DNA from: Aureliella sp.
Lineage (GTDB): Bacteria > Planctomycetota > Planctomycetia > Pirellulales > Pirellulaceae
DNA length: 64,000 bases
Assembly: GCA_963691875.1 (NCBI GenBank)
Contig: OY829846.1
Span: 3,488,001-3,552,000 of the forward strand
Direction: 5' to 3'
Part shown: in pieces, positions 40,748-50,642 of the stretch
Layout: every line of letters begins with the position of its first letter
Numbering within the stretch: position 1 is the stretch's first letter
Notes under the pieces: model-generated
Told to the model about the DNA's origin: nothing
Database searches by the model: none
What the model saw: only the letters and a program-made list of their open reading frames with translations
Program-made: the position numbers and the translations under genes

Positions 40748-40796
40748 CGTGTTCGTTCTATCCGATCCGTTAGGATCCGCTTTTACATGCCTAACT

Positions 40797-40922
40797 TTAG
40801 GCTGCTTCTTTCACCCATGCGAGGTACATCATAATGCAAGCGACCAGCATCAATAGCGTGGAACCGATCAGCATTACGGTGTAAACGTTCAGAGCCTGCT
40901 TGGGTTGATTTCCGTTGCTCAT
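40797..40922 (-). CDS. 41-aa single-pass membrane microprotein (not in ORF track)
   Basis: Translated by hand: MSNGNQPKQALNVYTVMLIGSTLLMLVACIMMYLAWVKEAA*. ATG is 12 nt after the upstream stop; one clear TM; terminator follows. Confidence 0.75.
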   Translation of the reverse strand: MSNGNQPKQALNVYTVMLIGSTLLMLVACIMMYLAWVKEAA

Positions 40923-40934
40923 TTTGTAGTTCAC

Positions 40935-41771
40935 TTATCTTTTGCGAGTAATACTGATTTCAAGTTGCGTGTCGACTCGATCACCACTTCGGATGTAACC
41001 ACGCTGGTAAGACTCCAGAATTCGAGCGACAGCCTTGTCATTACGCACAGTCGCAATCTGCAAGCGACCCAGGTAGTTGCTATTCCGACTGACTTCGAGG
41101 GTGTCTCCAATGGCAAGCCCATCGTCACGGCCCAAGTTGACTTCGACGTTTGTCCCGTCAACGGCAACGACTAAGCCATTGGTAGCTGGTGGACTAAGTA
41201 CTGTATCTGGGTCGATGCCGAGAGAATCAATCAATGATTTCGATTTGGTGTTCTCATCTGCAAGCAGATTAGCTTTGACATTCAACTCACTGTACCGGCC
41301 TTCGAGACGACCGAGGCTGTCTGTGGCGGCAACCAATCGCCCGAAGAGTTGATCACGATCGGCACGAGCGGCGAGTAGGTCTGCTCGCAAAGCCTTGTTC
41401 TCGTCATCGCGAGCCTTCAATTCGATCGCATTGGCTTTGTTTGTTTCCGTAGCAGCGGTGAGAGCAGACGAAAGATTGAGTGCTTCACGATTACTCTTGT
41501 CGCGCTGTGATTTCATCTCGCGATTGGCCGCTTCCAGTGTTCCCAAAGTAGCGACACGAGCAGCTCGTTCGATCGCCAGCTTGTTTTGCAGACTTTGAAT
41601 TTGGACCTGTGCCTGATTCAAGTCGCTTTCAGCCTTTTTCTGTGCAGCAGTCGCAGTGTCTGCCTTGTCCTTGTTCTTAATGTGTTCATTATTCACCGCA
41701 ACTGCGAGCAAGAAAAAGATCAGGCTCAATGCCAAAATCAATGCGGTAAAGACTTTGCCAAGTAAGTTCAT
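40935..41771 (-). CDS. Membrane-anchored coiled-coil protein with C-terminal FlgT_C-like beta domain
   Basis: 'MNLLGKVF' + TM, about 155 aa heptad-rich region, then 'GLVVAVDGTNVEVNLGRDDGLAIGDTLEV..IRSGDRV'. Confidence 0.8.
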   Translation of the reverse strand: MNLLGKVFTALILALSLIFFLLAVAVNNEHIKNKDKADTATAAQKKAESDLNQAQVQIQSLQNKLAIERAARVATLGTLEAANREMKSQRDKSNREALNLSSALTAATETNKANAIELKARDDENKALRADLLAARADRDQLFGRLVAATDSLGRLEGRYSELNVKANLLADENTKSKSLIDSLGIDPDTVLSPPATNGLVVAVDGTNVEVNLGRDDGLAIGDTLEVSRNSNYLGRLQIATVRNDKAVARILESYQRGYIRSGDRVDTQLEISITRKR

Positions 41772-41864
41772 CGATGGTTCCTTGGTTCAGCAGAGACCCT
41801 GGAGCAGGATAACGCTGAAATCTTCAGATAAGACAGTTCGGGAGAAGTGTGAGTAGGTTGACGT

Positions 41865-42383
41865 TTAGTTGCCAAGATCCGCCGCACGATCCTTCAATGT
41901 GCGAAGGGTGCCTTGAAAGCTATTGAAGGCAACCTTTGCTTCAATCAAACGCTTGTACAGTGCGTCTCGGTTGGCCTTGGTGTCAACGATGTCCTGTCGC
42001 AGGCCGCGAACTTGGTCGGACAATCGTTTCATTTCAGCTTGAGCTGATTGGTTATTCTGTGCAGCAAGTGTTAATGCTTCTCGCAAGCGGGTCGCTTCGG
42101 CTTCCTGAGCAAGAAAGGCGGCATTCGATGCTTCGTATTGAATCTGTAACGCGGCAAGTGCTTCTCTTCTAGAACCGACTTCCGCTTCAATCTCTGCCTT
42201 TAAAGTATCGCGGAGCTGCCCCAGCTGCGTATTCCGATCTTCCGAAACCCTGGCTGCCTCCTCGAATCCAGCCGCAGCCGAATCATGGTCTATGTACGTT
42301 GCGAAGGCGAGCACCGAATACGTGCAAAACGTGATGCTCATTAGGAAAATCAAGCCAATAAAGACTTTTCCCAATAGGGTCAT
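41865..42383 (-). CDS. Membrane-anchored coiled-coil protein (paralog of downstream gene)
   Basis: 'MTLLGKVF' + TM + coiled coil; ATG at 42383 preceded by AGAGG. Confidence 0.8.
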   Translation of the reverse strand: MTLLGKVFIGLIFLMSITFCTYSVLAFATYIDHDSAAAGFEEAARVSEDRNTQLGQLRDTLKAEIEAEVGSRREALAALQIQYEASNAAFLAQEAEATRLREALTLAAQNNQSAQAEMKRLSDQVRGLRQDIVDTKANRDALYKRLIEAKVAFNSFQGTLRTLKDRAADLGN

Positions 42384-42799
42384 CTTGATTCCTCTAAGTC
42401 TCACTGCCGCAAGGAGTTAGGCAGTTCGTAAATGGCCGTGCACAAGGGACTTACGGACGGTCCGCGGTCTTGCACACCTAATCATAACTAGTCGCCATGT
42501 CATCGCCAACGATTTCCGAGAAATTGGGACGACTAGGAAAAATAGAAGCAGCGACTTTATCGATTACATGCGTGAGTACAGCCCCTCAAGAAACGACTCG
42601 ACGACCTTTTCGATTAGCGTTAGACTATTGCGATTCGATGTCGAGCGAGCCAAGCCCCAAATCACTATCCCACAATGACTTAGGTCTGCCTCACAGACAT
42701 TTTGAAGGGGCAATGGCTCAACCCCAGAACTGGATGGCCATAGTCTTCAAGGCCGCCTAAGGGTAACTTCTACGCCGTAAATATTGCGACACAGCCAAA

Positions 42800-43858
42800 T
42801 TGATCCTCATACTTCGCAGTGATGCTACATCTGAGCAGGTTGATCACGTGGTCAAACACGTAGAGTCCCTGGGCTTTGCTGCGCACCTTAGTGAGGGCAC
42901 CCACCGAACCATCGTTGGGATAATCGGTGACGAGGATGAGGCTCGCAATGCACCGCTGAAGGCGATACCAGGCGTCGCGGATGTCGTTCCCGTTATGCCG
43001 CCTTACAAACTGGCCAGCCGAGATGCTCATCCGCAAGATAGCATCGTCGAAGTTGGCGACTGTAAAATTGGCGGTGGCCACCTCGGGATGATTGCTGGTC
43101 CTTGCTCGGTCGAAGAGCCCGAGCGGATGGATCGCATCGCTGAATCAGTCCGAAAGAGCGGAGCTAACATTTTCCGCGGCGGTGCTTTCAAGCCACGGAC
43201 GAGTCCATACGCGTTTCAAGGTCTCGGCGAAGACGGGCTGAAGATCCTGCACGACACCGGCCAAAAGCACGGCATGCCAGTTGTCACCGAGGTAACCGAT
43301 CCGAGAAACGTCGAGCTTATCGTTAAATACGCTGATATGCTTCAGATCGGTGCTCGCAACATGCAAAACTTCGTGTTGCTCACGGAGGTCGGCAAGACGA
43401 ACAAACCTGTGCTGCTCAAAAGAGGCATGTCAGCAACGGTCAACGACCTATTGATGAGTGCAGAGTACATTCTCAGCCAAGGCAATTCGCAAGTTGTACT
43501 TTGCGAACGCGGTGTAAAGGGCTTCGACAACGCCACCAGAAATCTGTACGACCTCGCATCGGTCGCACTCGTAAAAACACTTTCGCACTTGCCAATCATT
43601 GTTGACCCAAGTCACGCGACGGGACGGCCCGAGCTGATTCCGCCTTGTGCCCTGGCTGGCGTTGCTGTGGGGGCGGATGGTGTTCACATCGAAGTGCATG
43701 ATTGCCCAGAGGTCGCGAAGAGCGACGGGCCACAAGCATTGCTGCCAGATCAATACCATGACTTGATGGAACAGCTTCGGGGCGTAGCCCAGGCAGTAAA
43801 TAAGAGGATTGCTTGCCCTCAAGTCACAGACTCAGCCACGATCGAATCAAGCATTTAA
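42800..43858 (+). CDS. aroF: DAHP synthase class I-beta with N-terminal regulatory domain
   Basis: 'IAGPCSVE', '[16 protein letters not shown]', '[10 protein letters not shown]', 'LLKRG', 'DPSHATG', 'SDGPQ'. Confidence 0.95.
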   Translation: MILILRSDATSEQVDHVVKHVESLGFAAHLSEGTHRTIVGIIGDEDEARNAPLKAIPGVADVVPVMPPYKLASRDAHPQDSIVEVGDCKIGGGHLGMIAGPCSVEEPERMDRIAESVRKSGANIFRGGAFKPRTSPYAFQGLGEDGLKILHDTGQKHGMPVVTEVTDPRNVELIVKYADMLQIGARNMQNFVLLTEVGKTNKPVLLKRGMSATVNDLLMSAEYILSQGNSQVVLCERGVKGFDNATRNLYDLASVALVKTLSHLPIIVDPSHATGRPELIPPCALAGVAVGADGVHIEVHDCPEVAKSDGPQALLPDQYHDLMEQLRGVAQAVNKRIACPQVTDSATIESSI

Positions 43859-43888
43859 CGAAACAAAAGCCGGACGGGAGCGGAACCC

Positions 43889-44644
43889 TTGAGAAAGTAC
43901 CTGATTGCAGGCAATTGGAAAATGAACATGACGCGCGACACCAGTGTCGCATTGGTCAATCAACTGCTGGATGAATTGCAGCCGAGCGAGAATGTAGAAG
44001 TCGCCGTTTGTCCACCTGCCGTTTACCTGCACGATGTTGGCGCTGCTCTGCGTGGCAGCCATGTTGGACTCGGTGGACAGAACATGCATGCCGCTCCGGA
44101 AGGTGCATTCACCGGCGAAATTAGCTCGGGCATGCTCAAAGACATTGGCTGTCAGTACGTGATTCTCGGACACTCCGAGCGTCGCCAGTACTTCGGTGAG
44201 ACAGATGCTGGAGTCAACGAAAAACTAAAAGTCGCATTGTCCGTTGAATTGACGCCAATTGTCTGCGTGGGGGAAACCTTGGAGCAACGTGAGTCTGGCA
44301 GCACAGCGGAGGTAATCGCTGAACAAATACGCGGTTCGCTCAGCGGGCTAGATGCTGTGGATGGTGCCAAAATTGTCGTTGCTTATGAACCCGTTTGGGC
44401 CATCGGAACTGGCAAGACTGCAACACCCGAACAAGCTGAAGAAGTCCATGCACAAATCCGTGGTCTACTCGATGAGCTTTTCGGCGCAGAAACCGCTGCT
44501 ACCATTCGTATACAGTACGGCGGCAGTGTGAAGCCTGATAATGCTTCAGAACTACTGGGACAATCGAACATTGACGGCGCCCTAGTCGGCGGTGCAAGCC
44601 TAAAAGCAGATGGTTTCGCGGCCATTATCGCTGCGGCAAAATAA
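43889..44644 (+). CDS. tpiA: Triosephosphate isomerase
   Basis: 'AGNWKMN', 'GHSERR', 'AYEPVWAIGTG', 'YGGSV', 'LVGGASL'. Confidence 0.98.
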   Translation: MRKYLIAGNWKMNMTRDTSVALVNQLLDELQPSENVEVAVCPPAVYLHDVGAALRGSHVGLGGQNMHAAPEGAFTGEISSGMLKDIGCQYVILGHSERRQYFGETDAGVNEKLKVALSVELTPIVCVGETLEQRESGSTAEVIAEQIRGSLSGLDAVDGAKIVVAYEPVWAIGTGKTATPEQAEEVHAQIRGLLDELFGAETAATIRIQYGGSVKPDNASELLGQSNIDGALVGGASLKADGFAAIIAAAK

Positions 44645-44718
44645 CAACTTGGCTGGGTAGTCTCAGTCGAACGTACGAATCAACGCTTCCTCACGAATTT
44701 TGACGAAGGAACACAGGC

Positions 44719-45489
44719 ATGCTGATTGCAGCCTTAACTCACTACTTTTTCGGAATCACCATCTTTCTGATGTCTCTTTTCCTGATCTTGCTGGTTTTAG
44801 TCCAGCGAGGTCGAGGCGGCGGACTCACCGGTGCACTGGGTGGACCTGGTGGCCAGTCAGCCTTTGGCACGAAGGCGGGTGACCTATTCACGAAGATCAC
44901 CATCGGTGTTGCAGCGGCATGGATCCTACTTTGCGTCGCGGCAGTTATGGCCTTGAAGACTCGTGCTCTTCCGACTTTTGGGGCTGAAGGCACCGCGAAC
45001 ACGATGTCTAGCAACTCCGACGAAACTGGTGGATCAGAGTCCAGCAGCGGGAGCTCTCTTGGTGATCTGTTGAACGACGACGACGACGGCACACTAGGCT
45101 TGGGTGGCACTTCCGGATTGGGCACAGGATCGACAGGTCTTGGCGACGACGGATTGGACCTCTCTCCATCCGGTGATTCTGGCACCGCTGCCGAGGTCAC
45201 TGACTTGCCATCAGAAGATGATAACACCGGTTCAAGTGAAACTCCGGCCGGCGGCAGCACTGATGGAGATTCAACTACAGCACCGGAAACACCTGAAGGC
45301 GGTGATGCTACAGAGAGCACGGAGCCTGCGGCGGAAGGTGAAGGTACTACCGCAGAAGAGCCGACTGGCGAAAACTCCGCGCAGCAAGACTCACCCACCG
45401 ACTTATTTGGAAGGCGATCCCAAACTACGCATGGCGGCGAGGTGCGGAATCGAGACTCCTCTGGGAGACGCAATTGCTGCTTAGCATGA
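44719..45489 (+). CDS. secG: Preprotein translocase SecG with long acidic C-terminal extension
   Basis: TM1, '[21 protein letters not shown]', TM2, in the usual position after tpiA. Confidence 0.9.
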   Translation: MLIAALTHYFFGITIFLMSLFLILLVLVQRGRGGGLTGALGGPGGQSAFGTKAGDLFTKITIGVAAAWILLCVAAVMALKTRALPTFGAEGTANTMSSNSDETGGSESSSGSSLGDLLNDDDDGTLGLGGTSGLGTGSTGLGDDGLDLSPSGDSGTAAEVTDLPSEDDNTGSSETPAGGSTDGDSTTAPETPEGGDATESTEPAAEGEGTTAEEPTGENSAQQDSPTDLFGRRSQTTHGGEVRNRDSSGRRNCCLA

Positions 45490-46355
45490 CAGGCCAAGGG
45501 CAGGGCCGCAGCCAATGCGGCACCGTTGAGATCACAACCGAGGTACGCGCGGTGAACAACCGCCATCTCAAGTTGCAAACTCGCGCCGCCGGAAGGCTCC
45601 ACGTAGTCGAATCCCAGGTAGAGTCCTTGGTTCGATCGCAGGTCAAACGCGGCTCGCTGCAGCTAAACCTGCAGATGCACGGCGGCGGAGCAGACAGCGA
45701 CTACCAAATTTCTGCTACTGTTCTGAGCGAGTACATGCGTCAGTGCCAGCAGGTAAGTGATTCGCTGGGCGTGTCGCAGGATGTGAAACTTAGCGACTTG
45801 CTTAGTTTGCCAGGGGTGGTGGCCGAGCCGCAAAATACAGAGCTCACTGACGAACTGAAGCAGAAGACACTGGAATCGGTTCAAGCAGCAGTAGACTGCC
45901 TGAACCAAATGCGAAAAACAGAAGGAGCAAGCATTGCCACTGAGTTGCAATCACAGTTGTCCCGACTGCAGGAATTGACTGACACCGTTGGAGCGAGAGC
46001 ACCGTCGGTCGTAGAAGAATACCGCGAGCGGCTTAGCAAACGCTTAACCAAAGCCCTGGAAGAAGTCGGAGCCGAGTTGCAAGAAGCGGATTTGGTCCGA
46101 GAAGTCCTTGTCATGGCGGACAAATCAGATGTGCGAGAAGAACTCGTGCGTTTGAGAAGCCACTTCGAACAATTTTCAAGTTTGCTGGATTCACCAGAAA
46201 GCCAGGGAAGGAAGTTAGACTTCTTGATTCAGGAGCTGTTTCGCGAGACGAACACGATCGGCTCCAAATGCGGTGATGCGGAAATGGCCCAGCGAGTCGT
46301 CGACATGAAGACTGTAATCGAACAGATGCGCGAACAAGTGCAAAACGTGGAGTAG
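45474..46355 (+). CDS. yicC: YicC/YloC family endoribonuclease
   Basis: 'SMTGQG', '[10 protein letters not shown]', '[11 protein letters not shown]', '[21 protein letters not shown]', 'REQVQNVE'. Confidence 0.95.
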   Translation: MLLSMTGQGQGRSQCGTVEITTEVRAVNNRHLKLQTRAAGRLHVVESQVESLVRSQVKRGSLQLNLQMHGGGADSDYQISATVLSEYMRQCQQVSDSLGVSQDVKLSDLLSLPGVVAEPQNTELTDELKQKTLESVQAAVDCLNQMRKTEGASIATELQSQLSRLQELTDTVGARAPSVVEEYRERLSKRLTKALEEVGAELQEADLVREVLVMADKSDVREELVRLRSHFEQFSSLLDSPESQGRKLDFLIQELFRETNTIGSKCGDAEMAQRVVDMKTVIEQMREQVQNVE

Positions 46356-46362
46356 GATTGTC

Positions 46363-46983
46363 GTGGTAGACAACAACCAGACACCCAACCAAAAAAACAA
46401 ACCAACGCCTGGGCAACTAATTATTGTCTCGGGGCCTTCCGGCGCAGGCAAAAGTACTGTTCTTCGGAAATTGCTCTCGGAATGTGAACTGCCTCTGCAA
46501 TTGAGCGTTTCCGTAACGACTCGTGCTCCACGAACTGGAGAGGTTGAGGGCAGGGACTACTATTTTGTCAGCGATGAAAAGTTTCAAACCATGCGTTCGG
46601 AAGGACAATTCCTGGAGTGCATGGAAGTCTTCGGACGCAACTGGTATGGCACCCCTGTTGAGAGAGTCGACGAGGCACTGAAGAGCGGCAAGTGGGTGAT
46701 TTTGGAAATCGATGTCCAAGGTGCGCTGAGCGTAATGAATCAACGAGAAGACATCCTGAGCTTTTTCGTACACCCGGGCACAAGAAACGAATTAGAACGT
46801 AGACTGCGCAATCGAGGCACCGAGGAAGAGTCAGCCATCCAGCGACGCTTGGAAGTCGCCGACGAAGAGCTCACAGCGCTCAGCTACTACGACTATGAAA
46901 TAGTGAATCGTGACGTTGCTATAGCGGTTGCGGACATATGCAAATACTTAAAAAAAAACGCGGAGGAAATGACCCATGCTTGA
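46363..46983 (+). CDS. gmk: Guanylate kinase
   Basis: '[10 protein letters not shown]', '[18 protein letters not shown]', 'YGTP', 'LEIDVQG'. Confidence 0.97.
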   Translation: MVDNNQTPNQKNKPTPGQLIIVSGPSGAGKSTVLRKLLSECELPLQLSVSVTTRAPRTGEVEGRDYYFVSDEKFQTMRSEGQFLECMEVFGRNWYGTPVERVDEALKSGKWVILEIDVQGALSVMNQREDILSFFVHPGTRNELERRLRNRGTEEESAIQRRLEVADEELTALSYYDYEIVNRDVAIAVADICKYLKKNAEEMTHA

Positions 46984-47233
46984 AGAATTAAAAGAAGAAG
47001 AGATCGTCAACAAAGTCGGTGGACGATTCAAGCTTTCCACACTCATCCAAAAGCGCTTGGTACAGCTGAAGCGAGGGAGTCGTCCGTTGGTCGAAAACCC
47101 CTCGCAAGACAAGATGGAGATCGTGTTGCAAGAGATCCTTCAAGACAAGATCTTCCTCAGTGAAGCTGGCGAACTGGCCGTTGTCGACCACGACGAAGGC
47201 GACTTGCTCGACATGGATAGCCTCGAGCTATAA
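46976..47233 (+). CDS. rpoZ: RNA polymerase omega subunit
   Basis: '[16 protein letters not shown]'; yicC-gmk-rpoZ-coa synteny; overlaps the gmk stop. Confidence 0.88.
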   Translation: MLEELKEEEIVNKVGGRFKLSTLIQKRLVQLKRGSRPLVENPSQDKMEIVLQEILQDKIFLSEAGELAVVDHDEGDLLDMDSLEL

Positions 47234-47273
47234 ACAGTCAATTGCGACTGGAGGCAGTTTAGCGACATCTGTT

Positions 47274-47332
47274 GGAGTGCAGGCTTTAGCCGCTCTCAAA
47301 TCGGCGTGCTGAGCGGATAAAGCCTGGACTCC
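47274..47332. repeat. REP-like long hairpin
   Basis: Arms GGAGTGCAGGCTTTAGCCGCTC and GAGCGGATAAAGCCTGGACTCC pair with 2 mismatches; lies between rpoZ and coaC. Confidence 0.65.
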
Positions 47333-47353
47333 GCCAAAAGATGACAGAAGATC

Positions 47354-47887
47354 ATGGCAAAAATAGTTGTTGGAATCGGTGGGGGAATTGCAGCCTACAA
47401 GGTTGCCACTGTCGTCAGCAAACTTGTTCAAGCCAATCATGACCTGCATATCACGATGACCCACGGAGCCGAACACTTCGTGGGTCATTCGACGTTTACA
47501 GCTTTGTGCAATCGCCCGCCAGTCTGCAACACCTACGATCCTCGATTCCCCCTTGGTGCTCACATTGAGCTCGCTGATGGAGCCGACCTACTTGTGATCG
47601 CACCGGCCACGGCTCGGATCTTGGCCAGCTGTGCAGGTGGCTCGGCCGATGACTTGTTGGCAACACTCTACCTCAGCTGCAAATGCCCCGTGCTACTTGC
47701 ACCAGCGATGAGCAGCCCAATGTGGGATAAACCCGCAGTGCAGCGAAATGTAGAACAATTGCGCGCCGACGGTGTCCATTTTGTGGGGCCAGAAAGTGGC
47801 TGGCTCAGTTGTCGCAAGATGGGAACTGGCAGAATGTCCGAGCCGGAAGCCTTGCTCGCCGAAGTCCAAACACTCCTTCCAAGTTAA
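47354..47887 (+). CDS. coaC: Phosphopantothenoylcysteine decarboxylase (flavoprotein, CoaC part)
   Basis: 'GGIAAYK', 'HIELA..ADL.VIAPATA', 'APAM', 'P..G.LSC..G.GRM.EP'. Confidence 0.9.
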   Translation: MAKIVVGIGGGIAAYKVATVVSKLVQANHDLHITMTHGAEHFVGHSTFTALCNRPPVCNTYDPRFPLGAHIELADGADLLVIAPATARILASCAGGSADDLLATLYLSCKCPVLLAPAMSSPMWDKPAVQRNVEQLRADGVHFVGPESGWLSCRKMGTGRMSEPEALLAEVQTLLPS

Positions 47888-48523
47888 ATGGCACGTATCC
47901 TGATCACCTCCGGACCGACTCGCCAATTTCTGGATCCGGTGCGTTATTTGACCAATGCCAGCAGCGGCAGAATGGGCTGTGCCCTGGCTGAAGCCGCCCT
48001 CGCCCAGGGACACGAAGTTGTTGTCGTATCAGGGCCGGTCGGACTTGACTATCCAGAAGCAGCTTCGATTGTTCCCGTTCTGACCACCGATGAAATGCTC
48101 GCTGCCGCGCAAGAGTGTTTTCAAAGTTGCGATGGCATGATCGCGGCCGCAGCCCCTTGTGATTACCGCCCGCGGAAAGTGCAAACAGAAAAGATCTCCA
48201 AGTCCGGCGAGCCTCTCCGCTTGGAGCTTGTCGAAACCTCCGATATCGTTGCCACCGTTGCAGAGAACAAGCGTCCAGGCCAGTGGATCGTCGGTTTCGC
48301 CCTGGAATCCGAAGACCAACGCTTCCGCGCCATTGTCAAAATGCAAAAGAAGTGCTGCGATATGATGGTTTCCAATGGGCCCTCCGCCATAGATTCCCAT
48401 AACAATAGCGTGGAACTACTAAGGCCGGACGGCGAAACCATAGCCTTTGCCGAAGGCAGCAAGTCACAAGTCGCTGCTCGCATCCTCAGCGCGATCCGAA
48501 CGGAGATCCTAGCCAAGTCATGA
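47888..48523 (+). CDS. coaB: Phosphopantothenate-cysteine ligase (CoaB part)
   Basis: 'LITSGPT..LDPVRYLTN.SSGRMG', 'AAAPCDYRP', 'VGFALE'. Confidence 0.9.
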   Translation: MARILITSGPTRQFLDPVRYLTNASSGRMGCALAEAALAQGHEVVVVSGPVGLDYPEAASIVPVLTTDEMLAAAQECFQSCDGMIAAAAPCDYRPRKVQTEKISKSGEPLRLELVETSDIVATVAENKRPGQWIVGFALESEDQRFRAIVKMQKKCCDMMVSNGPSAIDSHNNSVELLRPDGETIAFAEGSKSQVAARILSAIRTEILAKS

Positions 48524-49455
48524 CTACTACGACCGCAGAGCAAACTTCAGTGGACCTTAGCGTCCAACTTGGGCGACTAAAACTTCAAAATCCGGTGCTG
48601 GTGGCTTCCGGAACCTTCGGTTACGCCCGAGAGATGGAGAAGCTCGTCCAACTCAATACACTCGGCGGCATCCTCCCCAAGACGATTACACTTGCGCCGC
48701 GCCCCGGCAACGCTCCTTGGCGAACTGTCGAGACATCTGCAGGATTGTTGAACTCCATAGGCCTGGACAACGACGGTGTGGACGCCTTTGTCGTCGGACA
48801 CTTGCAGTACCTAAAGCAACTCGATGCCGCCATTGTGGTTAGCATCGCTGGCAAGACGCACGACGAGTTCCGCGAATTGGCCCGGCGAATTGAAGAAGCT
48901 GGTGGAGCAGACGCATTGGAGCTGAATATCTCTTGCCCCAATGTCACCGGCGGTGTGGATTTTGGAACAGAACCAGAACAGTGCCGGCAAGTCGTCCAAT
49001 GTGTTCGCGACAGTTGCAACTTGCCTATCCTGGCCAAACTAACGCCCAACGTGACAAGAATAACAGATATCGCCCAAGCTGCTGCTGATGGTGGTGCTGA
49101 TGCAGTGAGTTGCATCAACACTTTGCTCGGCATGTCCGTTGATTGGCGCGGCCAGCGTCCGATGCTCGGCAATGTGGTCGGCGGATTGAGCGGTCCTGCT
49201 ATCAAACCTGTTGCATTACGTTGCGTCTGGCAAGTCGCCCAAGCGGTCGACATTCCGATCGTCGGCATCGGCGGTATCGCAACCTTGGACGATGCGATGG
49301 AGTTCCTAGTCGCAGGTGCTAGTTGCTTCCAAATTGGCACCGCCAACTACTACGATCCAACTATTAGCCAACGAATGGTTGAAGAATTGCCTGGTGCCAT
49401 TCGATCACTCGGCGCTAGAAGCACCAGTGAAGTCGTCGGCAGCATGAAGACTTAA
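48520..49455 (+). CDS. pyrD: Dihydroorotate dehydrogenase, family 1
   Basis: '[11 protein letters not shown]', 'LNSIGL', 'ELNISCPN', 'KLTPNV', '[10 protein letters not shown]', 'GIGGI'. Confidence 0.95.
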   Translation: MTTTTAEQTSVDLSVQLGRLKLQNPVLVASGTFGYAREMEKLVQLNTLGGILPKTITLAPRPGNAPWRTVETSAGLLNSIGLDNDGVDAFVVGHLQYLKQLDAAIVVSIAGKTHDEFRELARRIEEAGGADALELNISCPNVTGGVDFGTEPEQCRQVVQCVRDSCNLPILAKLTPNVTRITDIAQAAADGGADAVSCINTLLGMSVDWRGQRPMLGNVVGGLSGPAIKPVALRCVWQVAQAVDIPIVGIGGIATLDDAMEFLVAGASCFQIGTANYYDPTISQRMVEELPGAIRSLGARSTSEVVGSMKT

Positions 49456-49558
49456 TCGCGTAGTGGGATTCGCCAGGATTCTTTTAAGCCAATCGAAGCT
49501 TCAGGCGAAGTCCACTACCATTACTCGTAAATCAAACCAACAACTACAGACAACTCTA

Positions 49559-50536
49559 ATGCGTGTACTTTCCGGCATTCAACCAACAGGTCGATTCCAC
49601 TGGGGCAACTACTTTGGCGCGATCCACCAATACATCGAGTTGCAGAACGAGGACGAAGCCTACTATTTCATCGCCAACTTGCACGCACTGACCACCGTTC
49701 GCGATGCGGAGACGCTGCGTCAGTTGACTCTTGACGCGGCGATTGACTTGCTTGCTCTCGGTCTTGATCCGGTCAAGGCGATTCTGTTTACGCAGTCGGA
49801 TGTACCCGAGGTATCACAGCTGACATGGATCTTAATGACCTGCACTCCGATGGGATTGCTTGAGCGTTGCGTTTCATATAAGGACAAGAAGGAGCGAGGT
49901 ATCGCCGCTGACGCTGGCTTGTTTACATACCCGGTGCTGATGTCGGCTGACATTCTGGCCTACGATTCCAACTGCGTTCCAGTTGGCCAGGATCAGATTC
50001 AACACATTGAAGTCTGTCGGGACATCGCCAATAGCTTCAATCACCACTTCAGCGAAGCTTTCGTCCTGCCTGAAGGCCGCGTTTTGAAGTCTTCAGCTAA
50101 GGTGCCTGGAACGGACGGCGAGAAGATGTCGAAGAGCTACGACAACACGATCGGAATTTTCGAAGAAGAGAAGCCGCAACGCAAAAAGATCATGCGGATC
50201 ACAACCGACAGCCGCCCGATGGAAGATCCTAAGGATCCCGACACCGATCACCTGTATCAGCTTTATCAACTCATGGCATCAGAGGCCGAAGTAGCTGAAA
50301 TGGCGGCCTTGTATCGCAAAGGCGGATTTGGCTACGGGCATGTAAAGAAGGCTTTGGCGGATGCGGCAGAAGCTTTCTTTGCCGACGCCCGCGCAAAGCG
50401 AAGAGAGTTCGAAGAGCGTCCTGACACGGTACACGACATCCTCGCTGAGGGTGCGAAGAAAGCTCGAGCCAAAGCTGCTGAAGTCTTGGACCGCGCCGAG
50501 AAGGCTTGTGGTATCAAGGCGCCGAAGGCGAGATAA
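49559..50536 (+). CDS. trpS: Tryptophan-tRNA ligase
   Basis: '[13 protein letters not shown]', 'YPVLM.ADIL', 'VPVG.DQ', 'KMSKS'. ATG at 49559 is preferred. Confidence 0.97.
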   Translation: MRVLSGIQPTGRFHWGNYFGAIHQYIELQNEDEAYYFIANLHALTTVRDAETLRQLTLDAAIDLLALGLDPVKAILFTQSDVPEVSQLTWILMTCTPMGLLERCVSYKDKKERGIAADAGLFTYPVLMSADILAYDSNCVPVGQDQIQHIEVCRDIANSFNHHFSEAFVLPEGRVLKSSAKVPGTDGEKMSKSYDNTIGIFEEEKPQRKKIMRITTDSRPMEDPKDPDTDHLYQLYQLMASEAEVAEMAALYRKGGFGYGHVKKALADAAEAFFADARAKRREFEERPDTVHDILAEGAKKARAKAAEVLDRAEKACGIKAPKAR

Positions 50537-50553
50537 GCATCCTGCTCGTCGAC

Positions 50554-50627
50554 GTGGTATGCACATCCTGCTTGTCAGTTCACTATCGTACGTCTAGTCG
50601 TTACTACAGGCTGGAAGCCGATGCCAC
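50554..50627. repeat. REP-like paired element (GTGG...CCAC ends), degenerate
   Basis: Left arm GTGGTATGCACATCCTGCTTGT vs reverse complement of right arm GTGGCATCGGCTTCCAGCCTGT: 15/22 identical. Confidence 0.55.
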
Positions 50628-50642
50628 TTAAGATCCAATCCT

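Noticed and set aside
44742..45602. 286-aa minus-strand ORF
   Set aside because: Antisense shadow of low-complexity secG and the start of yicC; S/P/V-rich with no motifs.
46950..46958. A9 run at the end of gmk as a frameshift or phase-variation site
   Set aside because: Frame is intact and ends with a normal overlap into rpoZ.
48621..49346. 241-aa minus-strand ORF
   Set aside because: Antisense to pyrD; a typical shadow frame.
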